DNA of 32,000 nucleotides from Candidatus Saccharimonadota bacterium (GTDB lineage: Archaea > Nanohalarchaeota > Nanosalinia > Nanosalinales > Nanosalinaceae): contig NZ_CP107255.1 in the NCBI RefSeq assembly GCF_029232205.1, forward strand, positions 690,001 through 722,000. The letters are read 5' to 3'. Every line of letters begins with the position of its first letter. The first letter of the stretch is position 1. Positions 31,503-32,000 of this stretch are shown piece after piece. The notes beneath the pieces were generated by a model that saw only the letters and a program-made list of their open reading frames with translations, had not been told where the DNA came from and searched no databases. Both the position numbers and the translations under genes were made by a program.

Positions 31503-32000
31503 AACAAAGACGATAAGCCTAAACAGTGAAGCTCATCGCCTTTACAAAGAACATAAGGAAACCATAGACACACATTTTGACGGAATATCAGGTCTTTTCC
31601 GACACGCACTACGTAACTTGGATGATGGTGAAGCCTTCGATAAAAAGAAGAAACGGCTAAAGCAGGACATAAAGCAGTTTCAAGAAAGGATAGAAGAGAA
31701 ACAAAATGAGATAGAGACTCTTGAAATTCAGCAGAACCTAACTGAAAAGAACGAAAAAGTAGAAGAGCTAGAGAGCAGACTCGACGAACTAAATAAGTCA
31801 ATAGAAAACTTCGAAAGTCAGAAAACTAGAGAAGAATTGGTAGAAGAGCAAAAAAGAAAGAGAAAACAAAGAGGCCACGACATAGATGATCCAGAGGTTA
31901 AGGAAGCTATAGAAAAGAGCGTTGAAAGAGAACTCAGAAAAAGAACTGATCTGGATGATCTTAAACAGGAAAAAGAAAATGTGGAAGAAGAACTTCAAAC
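31495..32000 (+). CDS. RHH-like N-terminus fused to a long coiled coil; 3' end outside the window, so not listed in the ORF track
   Basis: The frame is open from the ATG at 31495 to the window end. It translates to MAETKTISLNSEAHRLYKEHKETIDTHFDGISGLFRHALRNL (RHH-like), followed by heptad-like K/E/Q-rich sequence (KQDIKQFQERIEEKQNEIETLEIQQNLTEKNEKVEELESRLDELNKSIENFE...). The long minus-strand ORFs here are antisense artefacts. Confidence 0.55.
   Translation, partial: MAETKTISLNSEAHRLYKEHKETIDTHFDGISGLFRHALRNLDDGEAFDKKKKRLKQDIKQFQERIEEKQNEIETLEIQQNLTEKNEKVEELESRLDELNKSIENFESQKTREELVEEQKRKRKQRGHDIDDPEVKEAIEKSVERELRKRTDLDDLKQEKENVEEELQ

Larger units (their letters stand above)
27243..32000. mobile_element. 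Putative integrated plasmid/provirus-like element or genomic island (left part; continues beyond the window)
   Basis: Composition switches abruptly at ~27.2 kb: GGCC falls from roughly 8-15 per kb to 6 in ~4.76 kb (hand count) and the DNA is visibly more AT-rich. Gene content is typical of archaeal extrachromosomal elements: an AbrB-like micro-gene, a wHTH protein, three RHH genes with overlapping starts and stops, and a coiled-coil protein. A decayed gene sits at the boundary. No integrase or att repeat is visible in the window. Confidence 0.5.

Noticed and set aside
31292-31998. Two long minus-strand ORFs (31292..31801 and 31798..31998)
   Set aside because: The plus strand carries RHH-type proteins with coupled starts and stops and a coiled-coil frame open to the window end. 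The minus-strand translations are L/F/S-rich mirror artefacts of K/E-rich coding sequence.

Overview
Archaeal chromosomal window: archaeal-type SAM synthetase, TFB, and two intron-less tRNAs, with tRNA-Tyr carrying the archaeal C1:G72 pair. TATA-like boxes sit about 25-35 bp upstream of many start codons, which suggests leaderless mRNAs. The DNA is moderately AT-rich and most proteins are strongly acidic, so the source is probably a salt-in halophile. Together with very large LamG-repeat surface proteins this makes a Nanohaloarchaeota/DPANN-like organism plausible, but that is inference only. Recognisable content: (1) partial mat; (2) two tandem giant secreted LamG-repeat proteins (720-6864), one with an embedded fibrinogen/intelectin-like lectin domain, plus a third paralogue on the other strand (17187-19370); (3) a complete fructose PTS with 1-phosphofructokinase (ptfB, pfkB, ptfC, ptfA, ptsH, ptsI; 10221-15203) next to a HAD phosphatase; (4) a Q/N-rich prion-like membrane protein; (5) a tightly packed minus-strand cluster containing a SAMHD1-like HD dNTPase coupled to a small HhH-GPD-like protein; (6) tfb followed by a possible PC4-like protein; (7) a ParB/Srx-like protein and an internally deleted KaiC/RecA-like ATPase remnant. 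From about 27.25 kb to the window end lies a compositionally distinct segment with an AbrB-like micro-gene, a wHTH protein and three coupled ribbon-helix-helix genes. I interpret it as part of an integrated plasmid or provirus. The most unusual sequence-level signal is a several-fold excess of the palindrome GGCC (mostly AGGCC/GGCCT) across the core. It collapses in three discrete segments, two of which abut tRNA genes. I found no rRNA, CRISPR array, transposase or integrase in the window. Most functional calls rest on motif recognition by eye and need HMM or structure confirmation.
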